A stretch of DNA of 64,000 nucleotides from Octopus vulgaris. Lineage: Eukaryota. Under the pieces are notes generated by a model. It had not been told where the DNA came from. It ran no database searches and saw only the letters and a list, made by a program, of their open reading frames with translations. The first letter of the stretch is position 1. Each line of letters begins with the position of its first letter. Shown here piece by piece: positions 14,344 through 27,680 of this stretch. Location of the stretch: NCBI GenBank assembly GCA_951406725.2, contig OX597834.1, positions 21,328,001 to 21,392,000 of the forward strand. The letters run 5' to 3'. Made by a program: the position numbers and the translations under genes.

Positions 14344-14616
14344 ATGCATATATGTGTGTGTGTGTGTGTGTGTGTATGTGTGTGTAATGAGCTTAGTGTG
14401 TGTGTGTGTGTAATGAGCTTAGTGTGTGTGTGTGTAATTACAGCTACAAAATCTACACAATAGGCATTCAACATTTCCCTCCTGTGGAAGACACTAGCTC
14501 AGTGTGCTGTGCAGCAGGACTGAACCTGAAACCATGTGACTACAAAGTAACTACCTTAACCACCCAGCCATTCCTACACATAATATAGTAATAAAATATG
14601 TGTGCGTATGCACACA

Positions 14617-14959
14617 TACACACATGCATATACATACATACATACACACCTGACGACCATCCGGTATGCTGCTGTGAGTGTGCGTCTGTGTTGTCATTTG
14701 GCCGTCCATTCCAACATGTGTTTACCATGCATAAGAATGCCAACATGTTGATGTTCCCATAGGTTGCCAGGGTAAAATAGGAAATTCCTGTAATTTTATA
14801 TCTCTGGGACACTTTATGAATCACTCTTATTCCCTTATTCATTACTCATTACTCTTTGAAGAGGAATGTCACCCTATTTTGTTTTGTTTATTTCTTTGTC
14901 TTGTTTTTTGTATTTGATTCTTTATTTTATAGGGTTTGTCACATTTTATGAATGAAAAC
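14617..14959 (+). repeat. Left arm of long inverted duplication IR1
   Basis: Reverse complement of 16785-17118. The core 14647-14858 differs by about 8 substitutions plus a 2-nt indel. Confidence 0.95.
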
Positions 14960-15194
14960 AGTGTTTTGTTGCCAAAATAAATAAATTAAATAAATATTTT
15001 AAAAAATTGAAATTCAGGAGAAATTTTAGTAAAAGAACTTTTATTTTTATTTTTTGGTTATAAATATATTTTTGGTTCCCTTGTCGATTGAGAGAAAGAA
15101 GAGGAAAGTTTAAGGATTGACTCAAGTTTATTTCTAGGGTTTAAAGTCTAGTTTGTTTTATTATCATTATTATTATTATCATTATTATTATCTT

Positions 15195-15413
15195 AAGGCA
15201 GTGAGCTGGCAGAATCGTTAGCTCACTGAACAAAATAAAATGCTCAGCAGTGTTTGGCCCATGGCTACATTCTGTGTTCAAATTCCACCAAGGTGGACTT
15301 TGCCCTTCATCCTTTTGGAGTTGATAAATTAAGTACCAGTGAAACACTGGGGTGGACATAATCAACTAGTCCCCTACTCCCAAATTTCAGCCCTTGTGCC
15401 TATAGCAGAAAGG

Positions 15414-15482
<69 letters not shown>

Positions 15483-15718
15483 GTTGTTGTTGTTGTTATT
15501 AAAGAAGCGAGCTGGCAGAACTGTTACTATGCTGGATGAAATGCTTAGCGCTGTTTCACCCGTCACTACGTTCTAAGTTCAAGTTCTGCTGAGGTCAACT
15601 TTGCCTTCCCTCCTTTTGGGGTTGATAAAAGTAAATACCAGTTGAGGACTGGGGTCAATGTAATTGAATAGTCCCCACCCACCAAATTTCAGGCCTCATG
15701 CCTATAATAAAAAGGATT
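15195..15718 (+). mobile_element. Two tandem SINE family B copies separated by (ATT)n
   Basis: aggcagtgagctggcagaatcgttagc...gttcaaattcc...gactttgcccttcatcc...agaaaggattatt occurs twice. Confidence 0.8.
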
Positions 15719-15753
15719 GATACTATTGCTACTATTACTATAATTATTATTAA

Positions 15754-15787
<34 letters not shown>

Positions 15788-15789
<2 letters not shown>

Positions 15790-15922
15790 TCGTTTAGCAT
15801 CCGCTTTCCATGCTGGCATGGGTTGGACGGTTCAACTGGGGTCTGGTGCAGCCTTCTGGCTTCCCAGACCCCAGTTGAACCGTCCAACCCATGCTAGCAT
15901 GGAAAGCGGATGCTAAACGATG
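15788..15922. repeat. Near-perfect palindrome: 59-bp arms, 17-nt loop
   Basis: catcgtttagcatccgctttccatgctggcatgggttggacggttcaactggggtctgg pairs with ccagaccccagttgaaccgtccaacccatgctagcatggaaagcggatgctaaacgatg, with one G.U. Confidence 0.97.
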
Positions 15923-15947
15923 ATGATTATTATTATTATTATTATTA

Positions 15948-15978
<31 letters not shown>

Positions 15979-16784
15979 AATAAGTGCCATTCTGTTTGGC
16001 GGTGGATAACAACACATTGGATTATGATTAAGTGCTGAAATGCATTCAGTTTCTCAATTCCTTACATTATTTGTTCAAATCCGAACAAGACTTGTTTTGT
16101 AATGCTTCCTCAGTTCGTTGCCCTTGTGGCAAATAAAGAAATTAATATTGTTATTATTGTGGGGGGTTTTTTTCCATCCTTTGATGTAGACCTCAATGTC
16201 TTGGGCCCTTGTCGCCAATAAATGAAACCACCATCAACATCACCATCATTATTATTGATAATAGTAGCAGCTGTGGTGGTGGTAGTGGTAGTATCATCCA
16301 TTCTATCTTGTCTTCAGTCTCACAGACCCTTGTGGCTAATCATCATCATCAGTAGTAGTAGTAGTAGTAGTAGTAGTAGCAGTGGTGGTAGTAGTCGTTG
16401 TTGTGGTATTGTCTTTTTGTATTTTGTCCTGGATGTCTTGGACTCTTGTGGCCAATAAAAGAAAATGTTGTTGTTGTTGATAGCATTTAGCCCAAGGTCT
16501 GACCTTTATCAAACAGTCCTATGATCAAAGGCATTCCAAACATTACTATCCCATCTTTGTTTTCTTTAAGAAGTGGAAAGGTCTGCTAAGGACTATAACA
16601 TCTCAATGTGTTGGGTTTCCTTGTTCAAGACAGCAGGGGACAGGGGGGTAGTTTGAAAGGAGATCTGGTTGCTATTTCTAGCAGTTCAAAACGACCACAT
16701 AGCGAATCCTTCATTGGATGATTGTTATATATACAAGAATGGAGGGTGGGTTGGGTCGATGTTGCATGTGTGTCTCTAATGAGA

Positions 16785-17118
16785 GTTTCCATTCATAAAA
16801 TGTGACAAACCCTATAAAACACATAAGCGAATACAATAATTTGATAATATAAAACAAAACGTAAGAGGGTGGCCCCCACCATCAAAGAGTAATGAGTAAT
16901 GAATGAGAGAATAAGAGTGATTCATAAAGTGTCCCAGAGATATAAAATTGCAGGAATTTCCTATTTTATCCTGGCAACCGATGGGAACATCAACATGTTG
17001 GCATTCTTATGCATGGTAAACACATGTTGGAATGGACGGCCAGATGACAACACAGACACACTCACAGCAGTATACCGGACGGTCGTCAGGTGTGTATGTA
17101 TGTATGTGCATGTGTGTA
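16785..17118 (-). repeat. Right arm of long inverted duplication IR1
   Basis: Reverse complement of 14617-14959. The near-identical ORF translations 14540-14842(-) and 16899-17330(+) show the same relationship. Confidence 0.95.
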
Positions 17119-17697
17119 TAAGTGCATGGATGTACATATATGTATGTATATATATATATCTCTGTGCATATTTCAATGGATGGATGGATGGATGTATATT
17201 TTTGTATATGGATGTATATCTATATATGTGTGTATATGCTTGTGTGTATGTGCACAATTGTATGAATATGTGTGATTGCATGTGTGTAAGTGGATCGATG
17301 GCTGTGTGCGTCTGTGTGTTTTTGAAATGAGCAAATAGATATATGCGCATGTATATATACGCTTGCATGTGTCTGTGTGTGTGTGCACGTTTATATGAAT
17401 ATGTGTGAGTGTATGTGTGTAGGTAGACTAATGAATGTATATTTCTTTATATGTGTGTGTGTGTGTGTGTTTATATAAACGGATGAATGCACATGTACAT
17501 TTGTGTGTATTGAAATTGACAAATACACATGTGTGTATATGCTCACATGTGTGTATATGTGTACATTTATATGAATACACACACATACATACACACATAT
17601 ATATATATATAAATTTTTGGACATAAGTAAGCGTGTATGTATTGTGTAAGTGTATTATATTAATATATGTATATATTTATATCTATATATCTATATA

Positions 17698-17731
<34 letters not shown>

Positions 17732-17985
17732 TATATATATATATATTGTATGCTTATGTCATGTAATCTTGAATTTGTGTTTACATTTATTTACATGTGT
17801 TTACATGTAAAGAAGCATATAAATATTGTTATGCGTGTGTGTGTGTGTATGTGTGTGCATCTATATATATATATATATTTCTGTTCACCACACCCCACGA
17901 TTATTTTCTTAATGTCTGTGTCATTGTACGCTAATGTTTGCACAGTTTCGTTCCTCCTATGACTAAGAAAAAAAGAATTGTTGTT

Positions 17986-18022
<37 letters not shown>

Positions 18023-18099
18023 TGGTGCTGGTGGTGGTGGTGGTGGTGGTGGTGGTGGTGGTAGTAGTAATAGTAGTAGTAGTATTGTTATTATTATTG

Positions 18100-18575
18100 A
18101 AAGCAGCGACTTGGCAGAATTGTTAGCATGCTGGGCAAAATGCTTAGTGGGCATTTCATCTGTCTTTTTATGATCAGAGTTCAAATTCTGATCTGAAGTA
18201 AAGATCGACTTTACTTTTCACCCTTTCAGGGTTGATAAAATAAGTGCCAGTTGGGCTCTGGGTGGGGGGTCAACATAATCATCTATTCCCTCACCTGCGA
18301 AATTGCTGGCTTTCAACCAAAATTTGAAATCATCATCATTGTTATTATTGTTATTATTAAGGCCAGTAAGCTGGCAGAACCCTTAGCACACCAGGTGAAA
18401 TGCTTAGCGGTATTTCATCTACCACTACAGCCTGAGTTCAAATTCTGCCAAGGTCGCCTTTGCCTTTCATCCTTTAGGGGTCGATGAAATGAGTACCAGT
18501 TATGCATTTGGATCAATATAACCAACAGGCCCCTCCCCCAAAATTTCTGGCCTTGTACCTATAGTAGAAAGGATT
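18100..18575 (+). mobile_element. Two tandem SINE family B copies
   Basis: Same head and central domain as 15195-15718, followed by (ATT)n. Confidence 0.75.
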
Positions 18576-18581
18576 ATTATG

Positions 18582-18658
<77 letters not shown>

Positions 18659-20029
18659 GAGGGTGCATGGCCTAGTAGTTAGGGTGTTGTACTCATGACC
18701 ACGAGATTGTGGTTTCAATTCCTAGACCTGGTGATGCATTGTGTTCTTCAGCAAACCACTCCATCTCATGTCCTGCAATCACTTTGACACCTGACATGTG
18801 ATACACCTGTTCAGACAATGTCGATTTGATGGAGGAAGTGAACCAATGTGTGGCACAAGCCTTCAATCACTAGAGACAAATCATTTGTGCAGGTTGTTTA
18901 GCAAAAGCTGAACACTCATATATCATCTCTGATGGCGAGGCCATCATTATTATTATTAGGTTGCTATTTCTACCTGGACAAGAGACCATGCTGGTGTTCC
19001 TTTGTTAGATTGGTGTACACAGTTTATTCTTAGCTAATCTCTCTCTCTCTTTCTCTCTTTATTTCTCTCTATCTGTCTCTATCTGAAGGTATATTCTGTG
19101 TGGTGTGTATGTGTGTATTATATATATATATAAGGATAGATAGATAGACAGATATAGATACATATCTGGCAATTTGAGGAAGATTTAGGTTGCTCTTACT
19201 AGCAGGTCAAACCACTACATAGATGGGCCCGCATTGGATACATACACATATATATACATATGTATATATATATATACATATGTGTATATATATACACACA
19301 TACATATACATGCATGTATAGACATACATATAAATAACTTTTCAGTTTAGTGCCAACCATTTTCTTTCCTTTTATTTCATCTCTGCAATAAAACACAAAC
19401 CCCCAAAACGTTTGGAATTTTTTAAAAACCCAAAAATATGGGTAACAGAAGCCCAGAACTATTCCAACTCGTTGCTCTCTTTCACCACTGGAACCAGCTT
19501 GTACCTTAAAAATCAAAATAAGAAAGACAAAAAAAAAAGCAATTGGCAAAGGAAAACATAACAAGAATATGATGTAACCACGACAATGGCCACACCCTCC
19601 GCCAACTCTTTCCGGCTTATATTGTTCCTGTTTCTCTTCCTGCAAGGATCGGCCTTCTTGTCTTGGTCATCAACAATGTCAACAAGGAAGAACCATAAAA
19701 GGTGGGAGAAATAATCATTCTCAGACACGGAGACTCTGCTGCCACTGGTGACAATGTGCGTGTGAGTGTGTGTCAGTCTGTGTATGTGTGTGTGTGTATG
19801 TGTGTGCTTGTAATATGTATTTGTGGGTGCCTCTATGTACATTTAAGTGTGCGTGTGTGTGAGTGTGTGTGTGTGTGATCCTGGAAGTGTGTTTGCATGA
19901 TCCTGCATGTGTGTGTGTGTGTGTGTATGTGTATGCATGGCCACTGTGTGTGTGTGAGACTGTGTGTGATTCTGCATGTGTGTGTTTGTGTACTCCTGCA
20001 TGTGTGTATGCCTGCATGTGCGTCTGTGT

Positions 20030-20290
20030 GTGTGCTTTTGTATGTCTGTATATGCCACTCTGTGTCTGTGTGTGTGTGCTTTTGTATGTGTGTATGTGCC
20101 ACTCTGTGTGTGTGTGTGTGCTTTTGTATGTGTGTATGTGCCACTCTGTGTGTGTGTGTGTGCTTTTGTATGTGTGTATGTGCCACTCTGTGTGTGTGTG
20201 TGTGTGATTCTGCATGTGTGTGTTTGTGTGATTTTGCATGTGTGTCTGTGTGTGTGCTTTAGTATGTGTGTATATGCCACTCTGTGTGTG
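20030..20290. repeat. ~42-bp minisatellite built from compound (GT)n units
   Basis: About 4-5 copies of tgcttttgtatgtgtgtatgtgccactc(tg)n. Confidence 0.8.
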
Positions 20291-20794
20291 TGTGTGTGTG
20301 TCTATGTGCACGTGTGTGCCTCTTGGAGTATGTGTGCATATTCCTGTGTGTGTGTATGTGTGCATGCACGAGTGCATGCATATGCACATGTGTGTGTGCA
20401 TATGTATGTGTGTGTGTGCGTATGTACCGGTGTGTGTGCATATGTACGTTTGTGTGTGCATATGTGTGCGTGTGTGTGTGTGTGTGCATCTTTGTGTGTT
20501 TGTACCCACCCTCATGTATGTGTCGGGTGTTCTTGCTCCCTTTTTTTCCTCATGCGGATCACTCACACCTATATTGAAATTATCTCGACAGATGGGACTT
20601 GTGTGACTAATCAATACCTTGCTGGGATTTTCAACATAACAACTTGATTGATTAGCCTTGCTCCCGTATAACACTCTCTGACATTAGATAACAGTTTATC
20701 AATGTGTCATTTAGCCATTATCCAGCGTTTGATAGAGGGTGCATGAGGTGCCATCCGAATGTGTTTTTCAGTGCATACATGTGCATACATATAT

Positions 20795-20826
<32 letters not shown>

Positions 20827-21159
20827 TTAACATCTGGTTTCCATGCTGGCATAAGTGGCACAGTCTGATAAGAACTGGCAAACCAGAGGCCTAGACCCAG
20901 ATCTGCACAGAGCTTTGGCATGGTTTCTGCGGTTGGATGCCCTTACACACACACGCACACACACATACACACACATGTAGACAGATGTATGTGCACCTAC
21001 ATGGATATGTGCAAATTTCTTTATCTTTTTCCTGGCTTCAGTCACTTGGCTGCAGCCATTCTGGAGCACTACCATAAAGGGATTTAGTCGAACAAATCGA
21101 CCCCAGGACTTGTTCTCTGTAAGCCTAGTACTTATTCTATCAGTCACTTTTTGCATGGG

Positions 21160-21765
21160 AACCAGTCAGGTGGAACTGGCACCAACTGGCACACTCAAAT
21201 GGTGCTTTTTATGTGCCACCAGCATGGGTGCCAGCGAGGCACCACTGACATCGGCCACGCTCAAATGGGTTTTTTTTATGTGCCACCGTTACGGGTGCCA
21301 GTCAGGTGGCACTCTCATCAGCCATGCTCAAATGGGGCTTTTTATGTCACCGGTCTGGGTACCTGTCAGGCAGCACTCTCATCAGCCATGCTCAAATTGT
21401 GCTTTTTATGTGCCACCGGTACAGATGCCAGTCAGGTGGCACTCTCATCAGCCATGCTCAAATGGTGCTTTTTATGTGCCACCGGTACAGGTGCCAGTCA
21501 GGTGGCACTCTCATCAGCCATGCTCAAATGGTGCTTTTTATGTGCCACTGGTACAGGTGCCAGTCAGGTGGCACTCTCATCAGCCATGCTCAAATGGTGC
21601 TTTTTATGTACCACCGGTTTGGGTACCTGTCAGGCAGCACTGACATCGGCCATGCTCAAATGGTGCTTTTTACATGCCACTGGTACAGGTGCCAGCCAGG
21701 TGCCACTGGCATTGGCCTTGCTCAAATGGTGTTTTTTACATGCCACTGGCACAGGTGCCAGTTGC
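21160..21765. repeat. 66-bp tandem minisatellite, ~9 copies
   Basis: Unit tgccagtcaggtggcactctcatcagccatgctcaaatggtgctttttatgtgccaccggtacagg (period 21426 to 21492). Related dispersed sequence at 5350-5445(-). Confidence 0.93.
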
Positions 21766-22175
21766 TCCCTTAAATTAGCAGTTCAGTGTAAGCACCAGGC
21801 TTATAAAAATATGTACTGAGATCGGTACATTTGACCAAAACCCTTCAAAGTGGTGCCCCAGCTTGACCGCAGTCTAATGACTGAAACAAATAAAAGATAG
21901 CAGACAGAAGATATATCTAGCTTAGATATAAAGATAGACAGATAGACAGAAAGAAAAACAGACAGGCAGACAGATGGACAGACAGCCTGATAGATATGCT
22001 TAGATAGTCGTATATCTGTTAACATTTACATACATATGTAAGTATGTTGTGTGTATAATGGGATGGATATATATATTTGTCTGTCCATATGCAATACACT
22101 GGTATCCATATTTACAATTCCCCTCCTCGACAGAGCACATTAATTCAATATCCATCATCATGCATAAATATGTGC

Positions 22176-22210
<35 letters not shown>

Positions 22211-22225
22211 AATATACATCATATC

Positions 22226-22371
<146 letters not shown>

Positions 22372-22910
22372 ATATACATACACACATACTGACTTGTATA
22401 ATACTATTACAAAGACCAGCATATATAACATGAATAAATGAATAAATATTGGGTTTACAATATGGAAGTGGCATACAAAATTATTATCATCACTCTCTCT
22501 CTCTCCCTTTCTCTCTTTCTCTCTCTCTCACACACACACACACTCATATATAGAAATGCAAATACACACTTTACACACATAAAGTTATGATCAAATTTAC
22601 AAATATGCCCGCCTCATTTTTCAGTTTGCTGCCATGTTCCATAACATCATTCATTTATCCGTCGATATATTACAATATATTAACAATATATGTCCATACC
22701 AGTCTGAATTTCATAGAATGATTATGCTGGGGTGATGTGTTCGATGTGTTTCAATAGCATTTCATGTATTTTTAACCAGCGGCTACATAATTATTCTATG
22801 TATCAACATCAATTTTAGTTATAAAGTGCGAATATTGAAATAATTTTTATATTCAGTGAAATATATCAGTTGTCGATAAAATAATCCTTTACTCTGTATT
22901 TTATGTACAT

Positions 22911-23077
22911 AGGCACAGGCATGGCTGTGTGGTAAGAAGCTTGCTTCCCAACCACGTGGTTCTGGGTTCAGTCCCACTGCATGACACCTTGGGCAAGTGT
23001 CTTCTACTATAGCCTTGGGCTAACCAAAGCCTTGTGAGTGGATTTGGTAGACGGAAACTGAAAGAAGCCCGTCATAT

Positions 23078-23130
<53 letters not shown>

Positions 23131-23163
23131 ACATATATATATACACACATATATATATGTATG

Positions 23164-23203
<40 letters not shown>

Positions 23204-23660
23204 CACACATATATATGTATGTATGTATATATATATATATATATGTATACATATATATATATACACACATATATATGTATGTATGTGTATATATATGTGT
23301 GTGTGTGTGTGTATTCATGGTTTTGGATTCAGTCCCACTGCGTGGCACTTTGGGCAAGTGTCTTCTACTGTAGCCTCATGCTGACCAAAGCCTTGTGAGT
23401 GGATTTGGTAGATGGAAACTGAAAGAAGCCTATTGTATATGTTTGTGTGTGTCTGTGTTTGTCCCTCTACCATCGCTTGACAACTGATGTTGGTGTATTT
23501 ACATCCCTGTAACTTAGCAGTTCGGCAAAAGATACCAATGGAATAAGTACCAGGCTTACAAAGAATAAGTCCTGGGGGTGATTTGTTCGACTAAAGGCAG
23601 TGCTCCAGCATGACCACAGTCAAATTACTAAAACAAATAAAAGGATTAAAGAATAAAGGA
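22911..23660 (+). mobile_element. SINE family A with duplicated 5' half around a (TA)n expansion
   Basis: Head 22911-23075, microsatellite, then a second copy of catggttttggattcagtcccactgcgtggcac... running to the 3' tail. Confidence 0.8.
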
Positions 23661-23792
23661 ATAGAAGAATATATATGCGATGATGTCTGTGTTTATATTC
23701 AGTTATACTAAAAGCAATTTTACATTATTCTGAGGTGTTACTCTATACTTTTGTACAGAACAAATTTATCGCTCCTAAACAAGAAAACTATA

Positions 23793-23830
23793 ATGATGAT
23801 AGCTTAAAAGGCTGAAACTTCGAAGTCACT
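23793..23830 (+). ncRNA. Minimal hammerhead-like motif (C3 mutated)
   Basis: aTGATGA-tagcttaaaaggct-GAAAC-ttcgaa-GTC, with palindromic stem III acttcgaagt. Homolog at 44670-44726. Confidence 0.5.
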
Positions 23831-23957
23831 GTCACCAATATTCTTGTTTAAGAATAAAATACATATATATATATATATATACACACACACTCATACTTAT
23901 TTCCTTACTGCCCACAAGGGGCTACACACAGAGGGGACAAACAAGGACAGACCAACG

Positions 23958-24195
23958 ATTTCATCTCAATCGAAGGAGAGGGGCTTTCTCCGTCCGGGTT
24001 GTGGCTCCGTGGAATAAGCTGCCAAACGAGATAGTAAAGATGCCGACGACCGCTCGGTTCAAAGTCTCTCTTGACCAGAAATGGCCTGAACTCTTTGCAT
24101 GAACATCACCCTGTACATAACTCCAAGTCCCCCTACATGGCCTTACTTTTTGCTTTTTGAGTCAAAAAAATTAACTTAACTTAACTTAACTTAAC
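23958..24195 (+). mobile_element. Short 3' fragment of the CR1/L2-type LINE, inserted inside a SINE B copy
   Basis: Highly similar to the reverse complement of 12630-12858. Ends in a (ttaac)n tail. Confidence 0.88.
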
Positions 24196-24223
24196 TATAT
24201 CAACCCCAGTGCATAACTGAGTT

Positions 24224-24562
24224 AAGGCGCATGGCCAGTGGTTATGGTTAGAGCATTGAGCTTATGATCATGAGGTTGTAATCTCGAATCCCGGACTGGG
24301 CTGCGTGTTGTGTTCTTGAGCAAGACACTTTATTTCACGTTGTTCCAGTTAACTCAGCTGTAGAAATGAGTTGCAACGTCATGGGTGTCAAGCAGTATCG
24401 GCTGTTGCCTTTCCCTTGGATAACACTGGTGGTGTGGAGAGGGGGAGGCCGGTATGCATGGGTGACTGCTGGTCTTCCATAAACCACCTTGCCCAGATTT
24501 GTGACTAGGAGGGTTGCTTTCTAGGTGCAATCCGATGGTCAGTGTCGTGACTGAAGGGGGTC
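24224..24562 (+). mobile_element. tRNA-derived SINE nested in a SINE B copy
   Basis: aggcgcatggccagtggtta...tcgaatcccgg...ttgagcaagacacttt. Flanked by the approximate duplication cccagtgc(a/t)taactg. Confidence 0.75.
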
Positions 24563-24661
24563 CCAGTGCTTAACTGGTACTTAATTTATCGACCCGGAAG
24601 GATGAAAGGCAAAGTCGACCTTAGCGGAATTTGAACTCAGAATGTAACGGCAGACAAAATA

Positions 24662-24888
24662 CCTATTTCTTTACTATCCACAAGGGGCTAAACACAGAGA
24701 GGACAGACAATGACAGACAAACGGATTAAGTCGAATACATCGACGCCAGTGCGTAACTGGTACTAATTTATCGACCCCGAAAGGATGAAAGGCAAAGTCG
24801 ACCTCGGCGGAATTTGAACTCGGAATGTAGCAGCAGACGAAATACCGCTAAGCATTTTGTCCGGCGTGCTAACGTTTCTGCCAGCTCA
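24662..24888 (-). mobile_element. SINE family B, full-length-like copy
   Basis: tatttctttactatccacaaggggct...gtcgacctcggcggaatttgaactc...ctgccagctc. Confidence 0.85.
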
Positions 24889-26320
24889 TACTTGTAAACA
24901 CACACTAATACTTGTAAAAGCATACATCTATATTTCTGTTTTCACTTCTAGTAAGAAATGCAAACATTTAGGATTTTGAAGAAAATCAAATTTTGAAATT
25001 TATCATTAACAATAAATGTCAGTCAACAGTTTACCAGCTCCTTATATTTTATAAAATTTTTGCATAAATACATAAATAAATAAATATATTTGGTGTCTTC
25101 TCATAAGGTGTTAAAGCTGAAAGCTATATCATTTACTCCATTTAATAATTCCTTGCCATATTACAGAAGCCGAACAGACATTCATAGCAGTTGGTTATTG
25201 TCTATTTAATGATTTGTGGAAATGGAGAAAAAAATTTTTAATGATGAAATATTCGAATGAAATTTATTTTATTTTGCTGTTTTTGTTCATCAATTTTATT
25301 TTCTAATCCAATAACCAATCAAAATCAGTGTTGTTTAGCAGCCCTGGACTGAGGTTCTGTCAAGAAATGAAACAACCAATTAAATTGGAGGTGGGTTGAG
25401 GTGGGGTGGGATGGAGTGGTATTTTGATTTTTCATTCCATTCTCTGTAACTTTGGCCTTCTGAGTAATTCTTTAATTCGTTTTTTCTTTTTGTTGCTGAA
25501 TTTTGGACAGGAAATGTAATGAAATAAAGAGTAAAAATGGAAGATGATGAGATGTGGGGATGACACAATGATTACATCTATATGTGTGTGTGTGTGTGTG
25601 TGTGTTTATGCATATATATGTCTATGTGTGTATACATTGACACATACATTTATATTTACATATGTGTGTGTGTTTGTGTGTGTGTATAAGATTAATGTGT
25701 GCATTTGGGTGCAATATAAACTGTATAGGCATAATCTTGTCATCACTAATTGTATGTATGTATATATCATCATCATCATTTAATGTCCACCTTCCATGCT
25801 TGTTAGAGAGAGAGAAAAACAGAGAGAGAGAGAGTGAAACAGACAGACAGACAGACAGAGGAAGGTAGGTAGGTTGGTAAATTGATAGACAGATAGGCAT
25901 AGACAGATAGGCATAGATAGATAGATAGATAGATAGACAGATAGAAAGTAGACTAAATAGTAATTAAACTTGATAAAACACGGAGTATCATATATTTTTG
26001 TATGACTCACATGTGTGGAACTTTATAATTTACACCCATCTTCGATAAAAGGCTCCCAATATAGGCTCAGGGCCTCACTTTTTGGTGGAAGGACCAATAG
26101 TTAGTTTAATCAATCTCAGAACATGGCTGGTATTTATTTCCATCCTTGGAGGGATGTAAGACAAATTGGACTGGGGCTGGATTTGAACACAGAATGTAAA
26201 GGATAGATCGACAGGATTGTTATAGCATCGAACAAAATTCTTGGTCCTACTTTTTCCAACTCTGGGTGTATGCACGTGTCTATGTGTGTATTTATCAATC
26301 AATGTGTGTTTGTATGTATA

Positions 26321-26360
<40 letters not shown>

Positions 26361-26434
26361 ACTGCTGCACACTAACATTTTGAGTGTGATATATAAATAA
26401 GTATATAGATTGGTTTATGTATATAAATATATAC

Positions 26435-26598
<164 letters not shown>

Positions 26599-26616
26599 TC
26601 ATCATCATCATCGTTT

Positions 26617-26655
<39 letters not shown>

Positions 26656-27189
26656 CATGCATATATATATATATATATACATGCATATATACATATATAT
26701 ATACACATATATATATATATATATATATACATATATATATACACATATATACTCCCGGATACATACACACACATACACACGCATCATACATTTATGTAAC
26801 TAGATTGAATAGTTTCTATTCAGACCAGATCTACAGTCAATATATCAAAGCCGAATAAAACGAGACTTGTTTGATTAATTTCATTAACGAGGTGTTTTCT
26901 TTTACGCCTTTTTAAGCTTCACATCTGTGATTGAGGCCAGAACTTCTGTCAGGACCCAAACGTTGTTGTCAAACTAGTCATTAAAGTAGTTTTCTTATCA
27001 TGGAACACATCAAACAAACAATGAACTGTCTGAAGGGTGACCAATAAATGAATATATCAAATATTGTCAGTCTTTGTGTGGCAAACCAACCGAGGAAGCC
27101 TCTGCATGGTCAGTGAACATCGCTAGAAATAGCAGCCAGGTGTGCTTTCAATTATATGCTGTTGGTTTAAAAAGTGAAGGACATAGTTC

Positions 27190-27370
27190 TCTTTTACTCT
27201 TTTACTTGTTTCAGTCATTTGACTGCGGCCATGCCGGAGCACCGCCTTTAGTCGAGCAAGTCGACCCCGGGACTTATTCTTTGTAAGCCCCAGGACTTAT
27301 TCTATCGGTCTCTTTTGCCAAACCGCTAAGTGACGGGGACGTAAACACACTAACATATACACACACATAC

Positions 27371-27416
<46 letters not shown>

Positions 27417-27450
27417 CAAGCAATGCTAGGGGACTAACACACAAACATAT

Positions 27451-27522
<72 letters not shown>

Positions 27523-27680
27523 CAGGCTTCTTTCAGTTTCCGTCTACCAAATCCACTCACAAGGCATTGGTCGGCCCGAGGCTATAGCAGAAGACACTTG
27601 CCCAAGATGACATGCCGTGGGACTGAACCCGGAACCATGTGGTAGGTAAGCAAGCTACTTACCACACAGCCACTCCTGCG
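27190..27680 (-). mobile_element. SINE family A, young full-length copy
   Basis: Reverse complement of the family A consensus, with a (taaaagag)n tail and internal (TA)n. Confidence 0.88.

Noticed and set aside
14540-17330. Paired ORFs (MNKGIRVIHKVSQRYKI.../MNERIRVIHKVSQRYKI...) as duplicated genes
   Set aside because: The similarity is a by-product of IR1. A 2-nt indel breaks the shared frame and both ORFs run into microsatellite.
15195-18575. SINE B mobilised by the TAA-targeting Dong-like LINE
   Set aside because: SINE B ends in (ATT)n on its sense strand while the Dong-like relics end in (TAA)n, and I saw no shared 3' tail.
21110-21819. 22-aa repeat protein or CRISPR-like array
   Set aside because: It is a contiguous 66-bp tandem repeat with no unique spacers. 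The ORFs result from a stop-free unit whose length is divisible by three.
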